DNA from: a virus
Lineage: Duplodnaviria; Caudoviricetes
IMG/VR virus record: IMGVR_UViG_3300023174_000037
Direction: 5' to 3' (one strand)
Length of the DNA: 64,000 bases
The notes beneath the pieces were generated by a model. That model ran no database searches and had not been told where the DNA came from. It saw only the letters and a list, made by a program, of their open reading frames with translations. Made by a program: the position numbers and the translations under genes. Positions 10,130 through 19,600 of the stretch are shown here, piece after piece; position 1 is the stretch's first letter, and each line of letters starts with the position of its first letter.

Positions 10130-11063
10130 AATATATTTGAAATCCTTCGTCTATATCAACTTTAGGATCAAACCCTAAGTCTTGTCGTGCTGCGTTGATG
10201 TTTAATGCTCCGCGACTAGGAAAGTCTACATCTTTGTCACGAATCTCTATGGTACCTTTACCTACAATTTGAACGGCTAATCGAGCAGCCTCGAGCAAGG
10301 TTTTTGAATGACTTTTTGTAATGTTATATGTCTTGTTAATATGTTTGCTTAGTGTAGCCGCAACAATACCATCTGCGGCATCATCAACATAGGTAAAGTC
10401 CAAAGTTTCATTTGCGCCGTTTACTTTGATAGCGCCGCCGCGCATGGCAGTAAGAATAAATTTGCTAATAACACGGTCTTCAACATCCAGCGGACCATAC
10501 ACAGCACTGGGTCGAATAATCATGTAACTCATTCCGGTCCTACGGGCATAGTCTTTGACCAACCATTCTCCGGCCAGTTTCATAATACCATACTGTCCTT
10601 GTGGGCAACATACAGCATCTTCGGTGACATCATTGTCGAAGTCACCGTAAACCATTGAACTACTGATATAGACAAATTTTCTTACACTATGTTTTTTAGC
10701 GGCTTCGAGTAGGTTAAGTAGTCCTTCACTCATGGTTTGACTACCGCGCTGTGGATTTACATTGACTACTTTTTGTCTAGGAAAGCTGGCCAGATGTAAC
10801 ACAGTGTCTGGTTTATAGGTTTGCATTAACCAATCAATACCATCTTGATCTGCAATGTCAACTGCATGAATTCGAGTTGTTGCAATCTTTTTACGTCGTT
10901 CCTCTAACAAATAATCCAATTCCTCTTGTGGAACCATTCCGTAGTTGGTCTTTATATCTGTTATAAAGACTTCGTGTCCTAGCGATTCAAGACGCTGAAC
11001 AATGTTGTGTCCAATGAGACCTAGGCCTCCAGTTACTAAGATTTTTGCCATTTTAATGCCCAA
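10083..11063 (-). CDS. NAD-dependent epimerase/dehydratase (SDR)
   Basis: VTGGLGLIG, SSSMVYG, YGIMK (YxxxK). Confidence 0.92.
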   Translation of the reverse strand: MGIKMAKILVTGGLGLIGHNIVQRLESLGHEVFITDIKTNYGMVPQEELDYLLEERRKKIATTRIHAVDIADQDGIDWLMQTYKPDTVLHLASFPRQKVVNVNPQRGSQTMSEGLLNLLEAAKKHSVRKFVYISSSMVYGDFDNDVTEDAVCCPQGQYGIMKLAGEWLVKDYARRTGMSYMIIRPSAVYGPLDVEDRVISKFILTAMRGGAIKVNGANETLDFTYVDDAADGIVAATLSKHINKTYNITKSHSKTLLEAARLAVQIVGKGTIEIRDKDVDFPSRGALNINAARQDLGFDPKVDIDEGFQIYYEWLKDSVYWSQKTV

Positions 11064-11425
11064 TACGTTTGATCTTGCTCTCGAAGTCGAGCAATGATAT
11101 AATACTTGTATCCGTAAGTAGATGGATCCGTATGTCTATGCCAAAATGGTGTTTCGACCGCGTGTTCCATTACCCATTTGCCCATTTCACTTTCCTGCCA
11201 CTCGTATATAGGTTGTGCTGCATACAAGTCCGGATCTTCTACATCTCCCATAGTAAACGAGTAAACTATTACGTCAGAAAGTTTAACAACCTTATCACCG
11301 ATCAGTCGATACTCATCGGATTTAAATAGCTGATCGGCTTCAGCTGACCGATGTCTAGGATGCATTTGATTTATAGCATCAAACATATTACTGTTGTCGA
11401 AGAGCTTTGAATGTTTCTGCTTCAA
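11036..11425 (-). CDS. Hypothetical protein, member of the C-terminal LKW-motif family (start may be downstream)
   Basis: Ends EQDQTYWALKWQKS. Confidence 0.7.
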   Translation of the reverse strand: MKQKHSKLFDNSNMFDAINQMHPRHRSAEADQLFKSDEYRLIGDKVVKLSDVIVYSFTMGDVEDPDLYAAQPIYEWQESEMGKWVMEHAVETPFWHRHTDPSTYGYKYYIIARLREQDQTYWALKWQKS

Positions 11426-11864
11426 CTACACGTTTGCGTAAACTGCTACTACTAAACGAGTGATCGCGTCCGTTAAAGATAAGTTCAATATTACGCATAT
11501 AACATTCTTCACGCCCGGTGAACTCTTTGTCTTGGTATTCAACACCCAGCACTCGTATGTCCAACGGAAGTATCAACAACAAGTCAACTAGGTCTTGCTC
11601 TGTTTGATAAACAACCACTTCGTCAACATAACGACAAGCGGCCAATTGTATTTGCCGTTCTACAATACTTTGAACTGGATGATTTTTAGTATCAGGACGA
11701 TCAATTGTTGGATCTGTTTGTAAGCCAGCAATCAAGTAATCGCAATGATTCTTTGCTTCGGCCAACATGGCAATATGCCCAGCGTGTAGCATATCAAAGG
11801 TAGAAAATGTGATGCCAATCTTCTTACCATCTTCTTTGAGTTTTCTAATGTGGTTGAATATCAT
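11388..11864 (-). CDS. Cytidylyltransferase (glycerol-3-phosphate cytidylyltransferase/TagD-like)
   Basis: TFDMLHAGH (HxGH), GLQTDP, SSSSLR. Confidence 0.9.
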   Translation of the reverse strand: MIFNHIRKLKEDGKKIGITFSTFDMLHAGHIAMLAEAKNHCDYLIAGLQTDPTIDRPDTKNHPVQSIVERQIQLAACRYVDEVVVYQTEQDLVDLLLILPLDIRVLGVEYQDKEFTGREECYMRNIELIFNGRDHSFSSSSLRKRVVEAETFKALRQQ

Positions 11865-11882
11865 ACTACTATTATAACAGGT

Positions 11883-12551
11883 TTATTGCGCTTTTGCAAC
11901 GAATTCTTTGACCATTGGGAAGATACTTTCTAATGCATCAGCACAGGCTTGGGCTACTTGTCTATGTTCTTTTTGGGTTTCGGGACCACTACGCAATTCA
12001 ATATAGTGTAACCAGCTGCGTAAGGTGCCTTGCATATACAAGCGACTGGTAGTGATACCCTCTGGCAGAATAGCACGAGCTTGTTCTTTGGCAATGCCCA
12101 GCTCAATGGCCTTGTTATAAATCATACTGATATGAGTGCTAACAAACCCTTGTTGCGCTTGCCACCACTTGTCTAACTCTGGATCATCTGTGGCCAAACT
12201 GTTCTGGCGATTCTTTGTATCTTGTAGTCGAGTTTCTTTGAACTCAAATCCAAGATCAGCCACAGCATAACGCTGACTAAACTCTTGGAAGCTGAAGCTA
12301 CGATGACGCAGGATCTGTCTAGCAATGTCACGTGTGGTTTCAATTTCTAAACAAGCTGACACCATTTCAAGTGGGCTCCAGTGTTGATGCTTGATAAGGT
12401 AACGAATCAACTTTTCACTGGTGTCTGTGTTGGTTTGGTTAGCTGGATTGCTAACCCTAGCGCAGTAAGCAACCAATTCTTGAGCATTCACAATGCCCTG
12501 GCTTGCTAATTCTGCGCTAGGTTGGCTCGACGAAACTAAGGTTACTTTCAT
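11883..12551 (-). CDS. thyX: FAD-dependent thymidylate synthase
   Basis: HWSPLE, RHRSFSFQEFSQRY signature, EQARAILP. Confidence 0.97.
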   Translation of the reverse strand: MKVTLVSSSQPSAELASQGIVNAQELVAYCARVSNPANQTNTDTSEKLIRYLIKHQHWSPLEMVSACLEIETTRDIARQILRHRSFSFQEFSQRYAVADLGFEFKETRLQDTKNRQNSLATDDPELDKWWQAQQGFVSTHISMIYNKAIELGIAKEQARAILPEGITTSRLYMQGTLRSWLHYIELRSGPETQKEHRQVAQACADALESIFPMVKEFVAKAQ

Positions 12552-13678
12552 AATTGATAATCTTTACATTGTGCGGTCAATAACTCTTCAAGAGTTTTAC
12601 TGTAAAATAAATCCAAATTGGCCTGTCTACGTGCTGTTGTGTCATGAAAAATTTGGGCAAGATCTAATGACATAAGTTGATCTATTACTTGATGAATCAT
12701 ATCTATTCTTTTATTTAAGTTTGTTTCGTTATCATATAAATGATTGTGCATTATGTCATCAAACACATCAAACCCAATTAGTCTAAGAAAATTAACTGCT
12801 CCAGGATTTGATAACCACAGGCCCAGTTGTCCTGCCATGATAGGTTTCCAGGTTTTCTCGGTGACTGTAATTGTATTGTTTAATGTAGACGTTTCTGTTG
12901 CATAATTGACATAGCTGTTGGTGTAAGCTGGATGCGTAATTGCATGAGCATTAGGTTGATCATTCATTTGAGATGGTAATGTGGTTCTTAACAATTCAAA
13001 CTTTCTTATAATATCATCATTCCACCACTCTTTTGGTGTTGACTGGTTCTCTATTGTTTTGTTCCATTGATTGTGCATAGTAAACAACAACTGATCAAAA
13101 TATGATTTTTCTTTTAATTTAACAAAATTTTCAACACGATGATATCTAGCCTGACTATTCAATGAAGAAATTTTATATTGACAGTGATGGTCTGTAGCAG
13201 TAGTAGAAGTTTTATAAAGATATTTTTGCATTAGATACCAAAAAGGAAAAAAACAAATATGATCTTTTGGATTTAAAAAATAAGTAACATCTCCGGACAG
13301 CACAACAAAATTATTGGTTAATTTCAATAGTTCGCTGACTACAGTTTCTTCGTAGCAATTAAATGGATCTGCCGACATGTTAACAATTAACATGCCGTCT
13401 TTAAGACGTTGATTAACAATATCTGTTTCAAGGCGCCATCTACCTTGTTTTCCTGCTGGCGCCAATCTAACAAGCGAGTTAATATGCACAGATTTTAGCA
13501 GTAATTGATTCCATGGCTGGGTTAAATCAGAATATTTTCTTGAATCAAAAATATATTTACCCAGACATGGATCTTCTTTATCTGCTAATTTAGCATCCTC
13601 ATAGATATATTGTTGTTTAGAGTTTTCCAAGCAGTTTATCAGTTTCGGGTTGAACCAGGTTAGCCACGGCTGTAACAT
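12548..13678 (-). CDS. Putative glycosyltransferase-like protein, paralog of 6135-7283 (start uncertain)
   Basis: VTEKTWKPI...GFDVFDD...YD block. Confidence 0.55.
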   Translation of the reverse strand: MLQPWLTWFNPKLINCLENSKQQYIYEDAKLADKEDPCLGKYIFDSRKYSDLTQPWNQLLLKSVHINSLVRLAPAGKQGRWRLETDIVNQRLKDGMLIVNMSADPFNCYEETVVSELLKLTNNFVVLSGDVTYFLNPKDHICFFPFWYLMQKYLYKTSTTATDHHCQYKISSLNSQARYHRVENFVKLKEKSYFDQLLFTMHNQWNKTIENQSTPKEWWNDDIIRKFELLRTTLPSQMNDQPNAHAITHPAYTNSYVNYATETSTLNNTITVTEKTWKPIMAGQLGLWLSNPGAVNFLRLIGFDVFDDIMHNHLYDNETNLNKRIDMIHQVIDQLMSLDLAQIFHDTTARRQANLDLFYSKTLEELLTAQCKDYQL

Positions 13679-13919
13679 CTACTACAAAGTCAACATCTCG
13701 AATTTGATAATCGTTCTCATTGAAGTAGCGGGTGAGCATGGTTTCAACTTCTTCTAGGTCAAGACCTTGTTTAAGTAGGGTATGAACGTTGATGGTTTTC
13801 TGCTTGCCGCCGGCCAACTTGATTACAACTTTTTTAATGCACTCTAACGGTACATCAGTTTTGTTTACGTCGGCAAGAATCAGTTCCCATTGGCTTATAA
13901 AGTCATCATTGTGTTGCAT
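13617..13919 (-). CDS. Hypothetical protein
   Basis: ORF in an overlapping operon. Confidence 0.75.
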   Translation of the reverse strand: MQHNDDFISQWELILADVNKTDVPLECIKKVVIKLAGGKQKTINVHTLLKQGLDLEEVETMLTRYFNENDYQIRDVDFVVDVTAVANLVQPETDKLLGKL

Positions 13920-14652
13920 CTGCCGTCACAGTCTTTGGTTTGTTAGGACCACGGGTGCGGCGCTTTGGTGCTTCAAAAGACTCAGTTTCCGGTGCAACTG
14001 CTCTGGCTGTAACAGTAGGATCCATACGTTCGGCATCCTTTTTCATACGGGCAGCTTCTGCAACCATAGCACGGGCATTGATTTCCATAGCCTTGGCCTG
14101 TGCCAGCATGTTGGCCGCAATGTCTCGATCGCTTAGTGCGCCATCTTGTCCGGCTTTGAGTGTAGGAGGTGCAACATACGCAGTGTTGGCCTTGGCAGAT
14201 TGACCTGCCTTGTATTCTGCTTCAGCTTTGCGTTTGACTTCCGGAGCAACCATGCCACGGCTGGCATCGTTCTCGGCCATCTTCTTGATAGCTTGCTCGC
14301 CTTGTTTCATTTCGTTCAACATTTTGTTTAGTTCATCTAAACGAATTTTGGCATCACCGGTTGGAGTTACAATAACATCACTGGTACGTAGTTTTTTAAT
14401 CATACGCTCTTGGTGTAAGGTTTCTAACACTGGACGGCCATCTGGAAGGTAAGCACGATGCAATGCATCTGCTAGCTCTTCGCTTTGTTGAGCAACATCG
14501 CTTTCCAACGCCTTCTGGATTGAATCTTGCCAGTGTGCGTGTAAGGTATCTGGATAGATAACCAGGCACATGTGATCTTCACCGGGTACCTGACGGAACA
14601 GGATGCAGATCTTGCGATCTCCGTGCTTGCCTACGTGTTTCATAAATGCCAT
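13906..14652 (-). CDS. Hypothetical protein
   Basis: 248-aa ORF with RBS (AGGAG); helical C-terminus. Confidence 0.8.
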   Translation of the reverse strand: MAFMKHVGKHGDRKICILFRQVPGEDHMCLVIYPDTLHAHWQDSIQKALESDVAQQSEELADALHRAYLPDGRPVLETLHQERMIKKLRTSDVIVTPTGDAKIRLDELNKMLNEMKQGEQAIKKMAENDASRGMVAPEVKRKAEAEYKAGQSAKANTAYVAPPTLKAGQDGALSDRDIAANMLAQAKAMEINARAMVAEAARMKKDAERMDPTVTARAVAPETESFEAPKRRTRGPNKPKTVTADATQ

Positions 14653-14653
14653 A

Positions 14654-14861
14654 TTATTCTCCTTGGGTTTCGCCGGCTACAGCGTTTGATGCTTCTTGGG
14701 CTTTCGCCTGCTCGATTACTGCTTCTAAAAATACAGTGAGCTTGTCATAAACAGTGCCCACCATACTGAGTTCTTCGCCACGGAATGCACCACGCGAAGC
14801 AGCTAAGTTAATAATGTTCTTGATTGTGTCAAGATCAGAGATTGTAATTGTGTTGTTTTCC
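14654..14861 (-). CDS. Hypothetical protein (start at MENNTIT)
   Basis: ORF track; internal ATG chosen. Confidence 0.7.
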
Positions 14862-14905
14862 ATATAGATATTTACGACTAATCTATGCCGTTGATTTATT
14901 TTCTC

Positions 14906-14936
14906 AAACAAAAACACCCCGGTTTAGGGGTGTTTT
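14906..14936 (-). terminator. Intrinsic terminator
   Basis: AAAACACCCC-UAAACC-GGGGUGUUUU followed by UGUUU. Confidence 0.75.
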
Positions 14937-15047
14937 GGCTAAACTGACACTGACTAACCTTTTAAAAATCCCCATAGCCAACCAGAACAATCCAGCAACC
15001 ACATACGCATACGCCATCTGACGCTGCTACCACGTTCTTGTGCTTTT

Positions 15048-15308
15048 TTAAATCTCAGTTGATATATCGGATGCATTGATCTTTGCCTCATCAAGTGGGT
15101 GCATTTCACCTGGTGTTCTGTTGGTGTAGAACTTTTCGTCAGGCACAGCGACAACCATTATTTCATCCATGGTGTTGCAATATGGATCAAATGGATTGGA
15201 ATGTTTGACAATTGCACACTTGGTTTCATCACCTTGATCAAACCGTTCCAGCTTGCTGAGCAAAGTAAGCAGGTTTCTTTTAGACAAATAAATTCGTTCA
15301 TCGGTCAT
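15048..15308 (-). CDS. Hypothetical protein
   Basis: ORF, ATGA overlap with the upstream gene. Confidence 0.7.
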   Translation of the reverse strand: MTDERIYLSKRNLLTLLSKLERFDQGDETKCAIVKHSNPFDPYCNTMDEIMVVAVPDEKFYTNRTPGEMHPLDEAKINASDISTEI

Positions 15309-15547
15309 GTTCTCAATCCTTTAATTTCATTGTAGCTGACTCTGATATAGTTGTGCCACTCTGTGCCAATTTTCATAGGCAAGTCTAAATGAACACTGAC
15401 ACGAACACCTTCTAGTTCGTTACGCATGTTATCAGTGTAAGCCGTGCCCACATATGGAATCTTCATATATGTTCCTTCGACTCTGTCTCCAAACTTGTAT
15501 CTAGGCGTGGGACGATTGGCTTCAAAGTATTCTGCTAGGCTACTCAT
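15305..15547 (-). CDS. Hypothetical protein (start at MSSLAEY)
   Basis: ORF track; internal ATG follows the upstream stop. Confidence 0.7.
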   Translation of the reverse strand: MSSLAEYFEANRPTPRYKFGDRVEGTYMKIPYVGTAYTDNMRNELEGVRVSVHLDLPMKIGTEWHNYIRVSYNEIKGLRT

Positions 15548-15548
15548 T

Positions 15549-15701
15549 TTAATTGTAATCCTTAGGTAAACAAATATGATTTTTCTTTGTGCCTTGTGCA
15601 TTAATGCACTGTTGTTTGGTACGGTGTTCACTGACCACTTCCACGTTGGGATTAGGTAGCGGACCCGGTACAAGAATTAAAACCAACACCCAATCGTACA
15701 T
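15549..15701 (-). CDS. Small protein, 50 aa, hydrophobic N-terminus and two Cys
   Basis: Hand-translated; TGATG coupling to the epimerase stop. Confidence 0.55.
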   Translation of the reverse strand: MYDWVLVLILVPGPLPNPNVEVVSEHRTKQQCINAQGTKKNHICLPKDYN

Positions 15702-16486
15702 CATAATTTATCCAATGTAGTTAATGTTTTTGTCATGTCAGCACAGGTATATTTTTGATACGAATTTTCAAGTTCTTTCGGCATCGAAACAAATGATATC
15801 TGAGATGGATATTTTTTGCCAATCTCTGTTGCTACATCCAAAAATGTTCTAGTTGAACCTGTACCAAAGTTCCATGTGCCTGATTCTTTAACGTCTAAGA
15901 ATCTAAGGTGCATGTCAACTATTTGACCGACATGGATAAAATCTCTGTGATAATTGTTACTGCCATCAAACACTTGAATTTTTCCGATACCACCTCGGGC
16001 TTGTTTTGTAAATTTATAAAACGGACTGGCCTGGTCGCCTTTGTGTTCTTCGCCTTCGGGCCCGTATACATTGAAATATCTAAAAATTTGAGTGGTGTTA
16101 CCGCCCATGTGTCTGTTAATATAACGCTCGCTGAGGTATTTGCTCCAGGCATACGGAGTCTTGGGATCAACAGGTGCATCTTCTTTGAATGTGCTAGTCA
16201 ACCCATATACTGATGCAGAACTGGAAAATTGAAAGTTAACACCAAATGTTTTACAAGCATGATACAGTTGTTCAGTAAAGTCAACATTTTGTCGCATTAT
16301 TTTTTCTACATCTTTTTCAGTTGTAGAACTGATTGCACCCACATGAATCACCCAGTCTTGATCGATAACACTGGGCATAGCACCGTCACTCCACTCGTAA
16401 GTAGAAACACAGTGACCTTTTTCTTCTAATGCTTTGAGTAATTGTGAACCAATAAATCCATGATGACCAGTTAATAAAATATTCAT
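15701..16486 (-). CDS. hldD: ADP-L-glycero-D-manno-heptose 6-epimerase-like SDR
   Basis: HVGAISSTTE, SSASVYG, YAWSK, RYFNVYGP, RDFIHV; adjacent to HldE-like domains. Confidence 0.8.
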   Translation of the reverse strand: MNILLTGHHGFIGSQLLKALEEKGHCVSTYEWSDGAMPSVIDQDWVIHVGAISSTTEKDVEKIMRQNVDFTEQLYHACKTFGVNFQFSSSASVYGLTSTFKEDAPVDPKTPYAWSKYLSERYINRHMGGNTTQIFRYFNVYGPEGEEHKGDQASPFYKFTKQARGGIGKIQVFDGSNNYHRDFIHVGQIVDMHLRFLDVKESGTWNFGTGSTRTFLDVATEIGKKYPSQISFVSMPKELENSYQKYTCADMTKTLTTLDKL

Positions 16487-16839
16487 TTTTGACTATCGCC
16501 CTTCATAACTCGATAGTTATCTTCTATTGAGTCGGGTGTGCTTACTTCTATAACTGTGCCAGCTTCAACGCATTCCAATTGATGTGGTTTGCAAGGTTCG
16601 TTGTGCCATACCGCACCATCACGCAATTCTTTTTCGTGTAGTTCGGCAGTCCTGGTATCAATCCATCGCACAATAAATTTACCACTTTGAATATACCAAG
16701 TTTCTTCTTTGTTTCGATGAAAGTGCATACTGAATTTGGCACCGGTTTCAAAGTTCATGAACTTGCCGCAGTATTTGTCGTTGGTAGCCCAGATGTATTC
16801 AGAACCCCAACCTTTAGGAACTAACCCTTTAAGTTGCAT
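16483..16839 (-). CDS. Cupin-domain protein (sugar-phosphate isomerase-like)
   Basis: KGWGSE...SMHFH...KEETWY...G...H...EVST. Confidence 0.8.
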   Translation of the reverse strand: MQLKGLVPKGWGSEYIWATNDKYCGKFMNFETGAKFSMHFHRNKEETWYIQSGKFIVRWIDTRTAELHEKELRDGAVWHNEPCKPHQLECVEAGTVIEVSTPDSIEDNYRVMKGDSQK

Positions 16840-17599
16840 ATATTTCCTCTAAGCGTGGTGCATATACACCTACGTGTTGAACTGTTACTGCTGATGCCTT
16901 GTTTGCAAACTTTACAGCAGCTGGCATGTGTCCTGTGTTCAAAAACTCGTATACTAATGCTGCTAAAAATGTATCGCCGGCGCCGCATACATCAGTTACA
17001 TCGCCTACAATTTCAGCGGCATATACCCAACCATTCCATACTGCTCCGTCTCCACCATGTGTAACAATTAAATGCTCTAGGGAAGGTAAACTTGTTGCAC
17101 AACTTTTTTCTAATGCATTGATCTTAACATAACATCCTGCTAGTCTTGCCAGATCTGTTTTCTTTGTATCTACAAATATAGGACCTGTATACTCTTTACG
17201 TAATTCTTCAATCAGTTCGTAACTAACTGTGCCTTTATTATAGTCGCTGACAACAATGGCATCATACCCGGGTGGAATAAGTGTATCAAAAACAATAGGA
17301 TCGCTTTCGGTATCTCTATCTACTCTAAGTAAATGTTGTTTACTGCGCTCGTCAATCATACGTTGTTTTTTACTGACAGCACCGTGCAGGTAAGTTACTA
17401 TACATCCTAGTGCTTCGAGATTTTTGCATACATTACTGGCCATTCCGTCGCTTGTGATGTTATATCTTGGAACAAATACAGGTACAGGTGCCTCAGGACT
17501 AATACGTTCTACACTGCCATAGGTGTAGGTGTCTTCGCCGGCATCACCTATTAATAATATGTTGAATTGTTTTTGTTGTTGAATGTTCTGTTCTGTCAT
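16829..17599 (-). CDS. PfkB-family sugar kinase resembling the HldE (RfaE) kinase domain
   Basis: RISPEAPVPV, GMASNV, SDYNKG, KIN, DVCGAGDTF. Confidence 0.88.
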   Translation of the reverse strand: MTEQNIQQQKQFNILLIGDAGEDTYTYGSVERISPEAPVPVFVPRYNITSDGMASNVCKNLEALGCIVTYLHGAVSKKQRMIDERSKQHLLRVDRDTESDPIVFDTLIPPGYDAIVVSDYNKGTVSYELIEELRKEYTGPIFVDTKKTDLARLAGCYVKINALEKSCATSLPSLEHLIVTHGGDGAVWNGWVYAAEIVGDVTDVCGAGDTFLAALVYEFLNTGHMPAAVKFANKASAVTVQHVGVYAPRLEEIYAT

Positions 17600-17942
17600 A
17601 ATACATTACCTGTTTACATAAAGATTCTCCAACTACAGATTTATCTTTGTAGTCGGATCCTTTTACCATAACGTCTGGTTGATATAATTTGATCAGTTCA
17701 ATTAACTTTTCTTTGGTGTCAAACACCCGAACCATATCAACACACCTTAACGCACTTAAAATTTTAACTCGATCATCTTGGGTGTTGATTGGACGCGATT
17801 CTCCTTTGAGCTCTTTTACGCGGCTATCACTGTCTATACACACCAACAATTGGTTACCAAGACTTTTGGCATATTCTAACAATGCAATATGACCAACATG
17901 AAGTAAGTCAAATGTTCCATTGACTATTACTTTTTTGATCAT
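17544..17942 (-). CDS. Nucleotidyltransferase resembling the HldE (RfaE) ADP-heptose synthase domain
   Basis: NGTFDLLHVGH, DSDSRVKELKGESRPIN, KGSDY, HSTT. Confidence 0.9.
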   Translation of the reverse strand: MIKKVIVNGTFDLLHVGHIALLEYAKSLGNQLLVCIDSDSRVKELKGESRPINTQDDRVKILSALRCVDMVRVFDTKEKLIELIKLYQPDVMVKGSDYKDKSVVGESLCKQVMYYDRTEHSTTKTIQHIINR

Positions 17943-18295
17943 GATATTATTCCTTCTACACGCTTACCTTCTTTGAGAGTCTGCATCAGCTGACGGTTGC
18001 GTTCCTTTTGTTCACCAGCAGCACGTTTCTTGTCATCGCTAACACGCAATATCATGTCGTATTCTCTGGCCCAACGCACACCGTGTAGCCATGTTTCCAG
18101 TTGTTCTAGACTGCCCACATACAGTTCGGCATCTCGTGAATAAATGGGCAAGGCATCCGGATCTTTTGGTACAAGACTTAGGCCTCTTTCTTCGTTTTCC
18201 CAATCGCCATGACGGGGCTTGCTGAATTTGAAACCAAGCGCATCGACTTGTTCTTCTATGCGTTTAATTCTTTGAATTGTGTTCCAACCGCTCAT
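17939..18295 (-). CDS. Hypothetical protein
   Basis: ORF with ATGA overlaps. Confidence 0.75.
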   Translation of the reverse strand: MSGWNTIQRIKRIEEQVDALGFKFSKPRHGDWENEERGLSLVPKDPDALPIYSRDAELYVGSLEQLETWLHGVRWAREYDMILRVSDDKKRAAGEQKERNRQLMQTLKEGKRVEGIIS

Positions 18296-18489
18296 TCTTC
18301 AACTCCAATGTCTAAATCTTGTGTGACCATGTCGACTATGCTGCTATAACAGGTAGGACAAAAAGCAACAGGAAGGATACCAAAATATCCCACAACTCCG
18401 CCCTCGTCTTCGTTAAATTCACAACTGCATACATTACACTTGTGCTCATCACCTACGTGTTCAAAGCCTTTAATCATTTGTAACCTCAA
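18292..18489 (-). CDS. Small Zn-ribbon-like protein
   Basis: CNVC and CPTC pairs. Confidence 0.65.
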   Translation of the reverse strand: MRLQMIKGFEHVGDEHKCNVCSCEFNEDEGGVVGYFGILPVAFCPTCYSSIVDMVTQDLDIGVEE

Positions 18490-18584
18490 TTTTAATTAGC
18501 GGTCCTCTTACAATTTGTCGCTGTTTAGGAAAGTCAGTCCAGTTGATGTATAGTGCTACGAACATAACGACAATCACTATGGCA

Positions 18585-19232
18585 TCAACTGTTTTTCTCA
18601 TGCCGTTCAATGTGTTCTCGTAACACAGTTTCAACCAGCTGATTCAATGTGACATCACGTTCATGTGCCAACTTCATCAAGTCAAATAATTGATCATTGT
18701 CCAAAGTCAACGGCATCTGAACACGAGTGTCATAATCTTCGCCGGCTACAATGGCCTGTGCTTTTTCCAACCAATCTTCAACGACATCCAAATCAACAAA
18801 CTTGACATCGTCCCATGCTTGGTTCAAGTCAACTATTCGTTGTTTAGCTTCTTTTTCGTACGCCTTGACAAATCCAGGATTGATAATACGATAAGCACGA
18901 TTATGGGTATAATCGCACACTTCCGCTTCATACACAGTTTGATCCCGGGTATCAAAAATAATGCTACCACTTACACCACCGGCATCGTGAATGCCGTTCC
19001 ATGAATCCAAGGTATAGGCATTGGGCCCGTAACATTCCCAACCGTATTCGCTGCCTTCGGTAATGCGGTAACCAAATGTTTCAAAAAATTGTTTCAAGGT
19101 AATCATAGGTTCATTTCTATTAAAGGTCACAGGTTCTTCCCAAAATGCACATTCACACACATATTCCCCAGCTTGATGCGAAGCATTTCTCATATACCCA
19201 TGTGGTGCGTCTGGATGAGTTTTACAAGTCAT
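18585..19232 (-). CDS. Hypothetical protein
   Basis: 215-aa ORF with RBS AAGGA. Confidence 0.75.
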   Translation of the reverse strand: MTCKTHPDAPHGYMRNASHQAGEYVCECAFWEEPVTFNRNEPMITLKQFFETFGYRITEGSEYGWECYGPNAYTLDSWNGIHDAGGVSGSIIFDTRDQTVYEAEVCDYTHNRAYRIINPGFVKAYEKEAKQRIVDLNQAWDDVKFVDLDVVEDWLEKAQAIVAGEDYDTRVQMPLTLDNDQLFDLMKLAHERDVTLNQLVETVLREHIERHEKNS

Positions 19233-19241
19233 TTTATTTCC

Positions 19242-19421
19242 TTAATCAAACTGAACGTCAACAATTTGACCATTATGGATAATGTAATAACAATCAACAA
19301 GACCATAACTAACCCAAACACACTCGTTTCCAGGACGCATAGTGTAGTTGGTAACGCCTCGTTTCAATAAGTCATCAATGACCAATAACCTATCAAACGT
19401 GTTTACTTCTTGCAACATCAT
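19242..19421 (-). CDS. Hypothetical protein, 59 aa
   Basis: Hand-translated MMLQEVNTF...VDVQFD; ATGA overlap. Confidence 0.6.
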   Translation of the reverse strand: MMLQEVNTFDRLLVIDDLLKRGVTNYTMRPGNECVWVSYGLVDCYYIIHNGQIVDVQFD

Positions 19422-19600
19422 TCAACTCCGAAATGTTCACGAATCAAATCACCCTGCGTCCGGCCACCTTCAGCAAGTATCCAATCGACTTGGCTGGCAC
19501 ATTCCCGAACAATCAACCGGGCGAATTCTTCAAGACGCACATGGCTAATACAATGTTCTACTTGTGCTTTTACAGCAATCTCTTTAAGATGTTCGTTCAT
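19418..19600 (-). CDS. Hypothetical protein, 60 aa
   Basis: ORF coupled to the VWA gene stop. Confidence 0.65.
   Translation of the reverse strand: MNEHLKEIAVKAQVEHCISHVRLEEFARLIVRECASQVDWILAEGGRTQGDLIREHFGVE

Noticed and set aside
18585-19232. Possible fusion or missed stop after the N-terminal CKTHPDAPHG...CEC segment
   Set aside because: Single open frame with a good RBS; no frameshift signal seen
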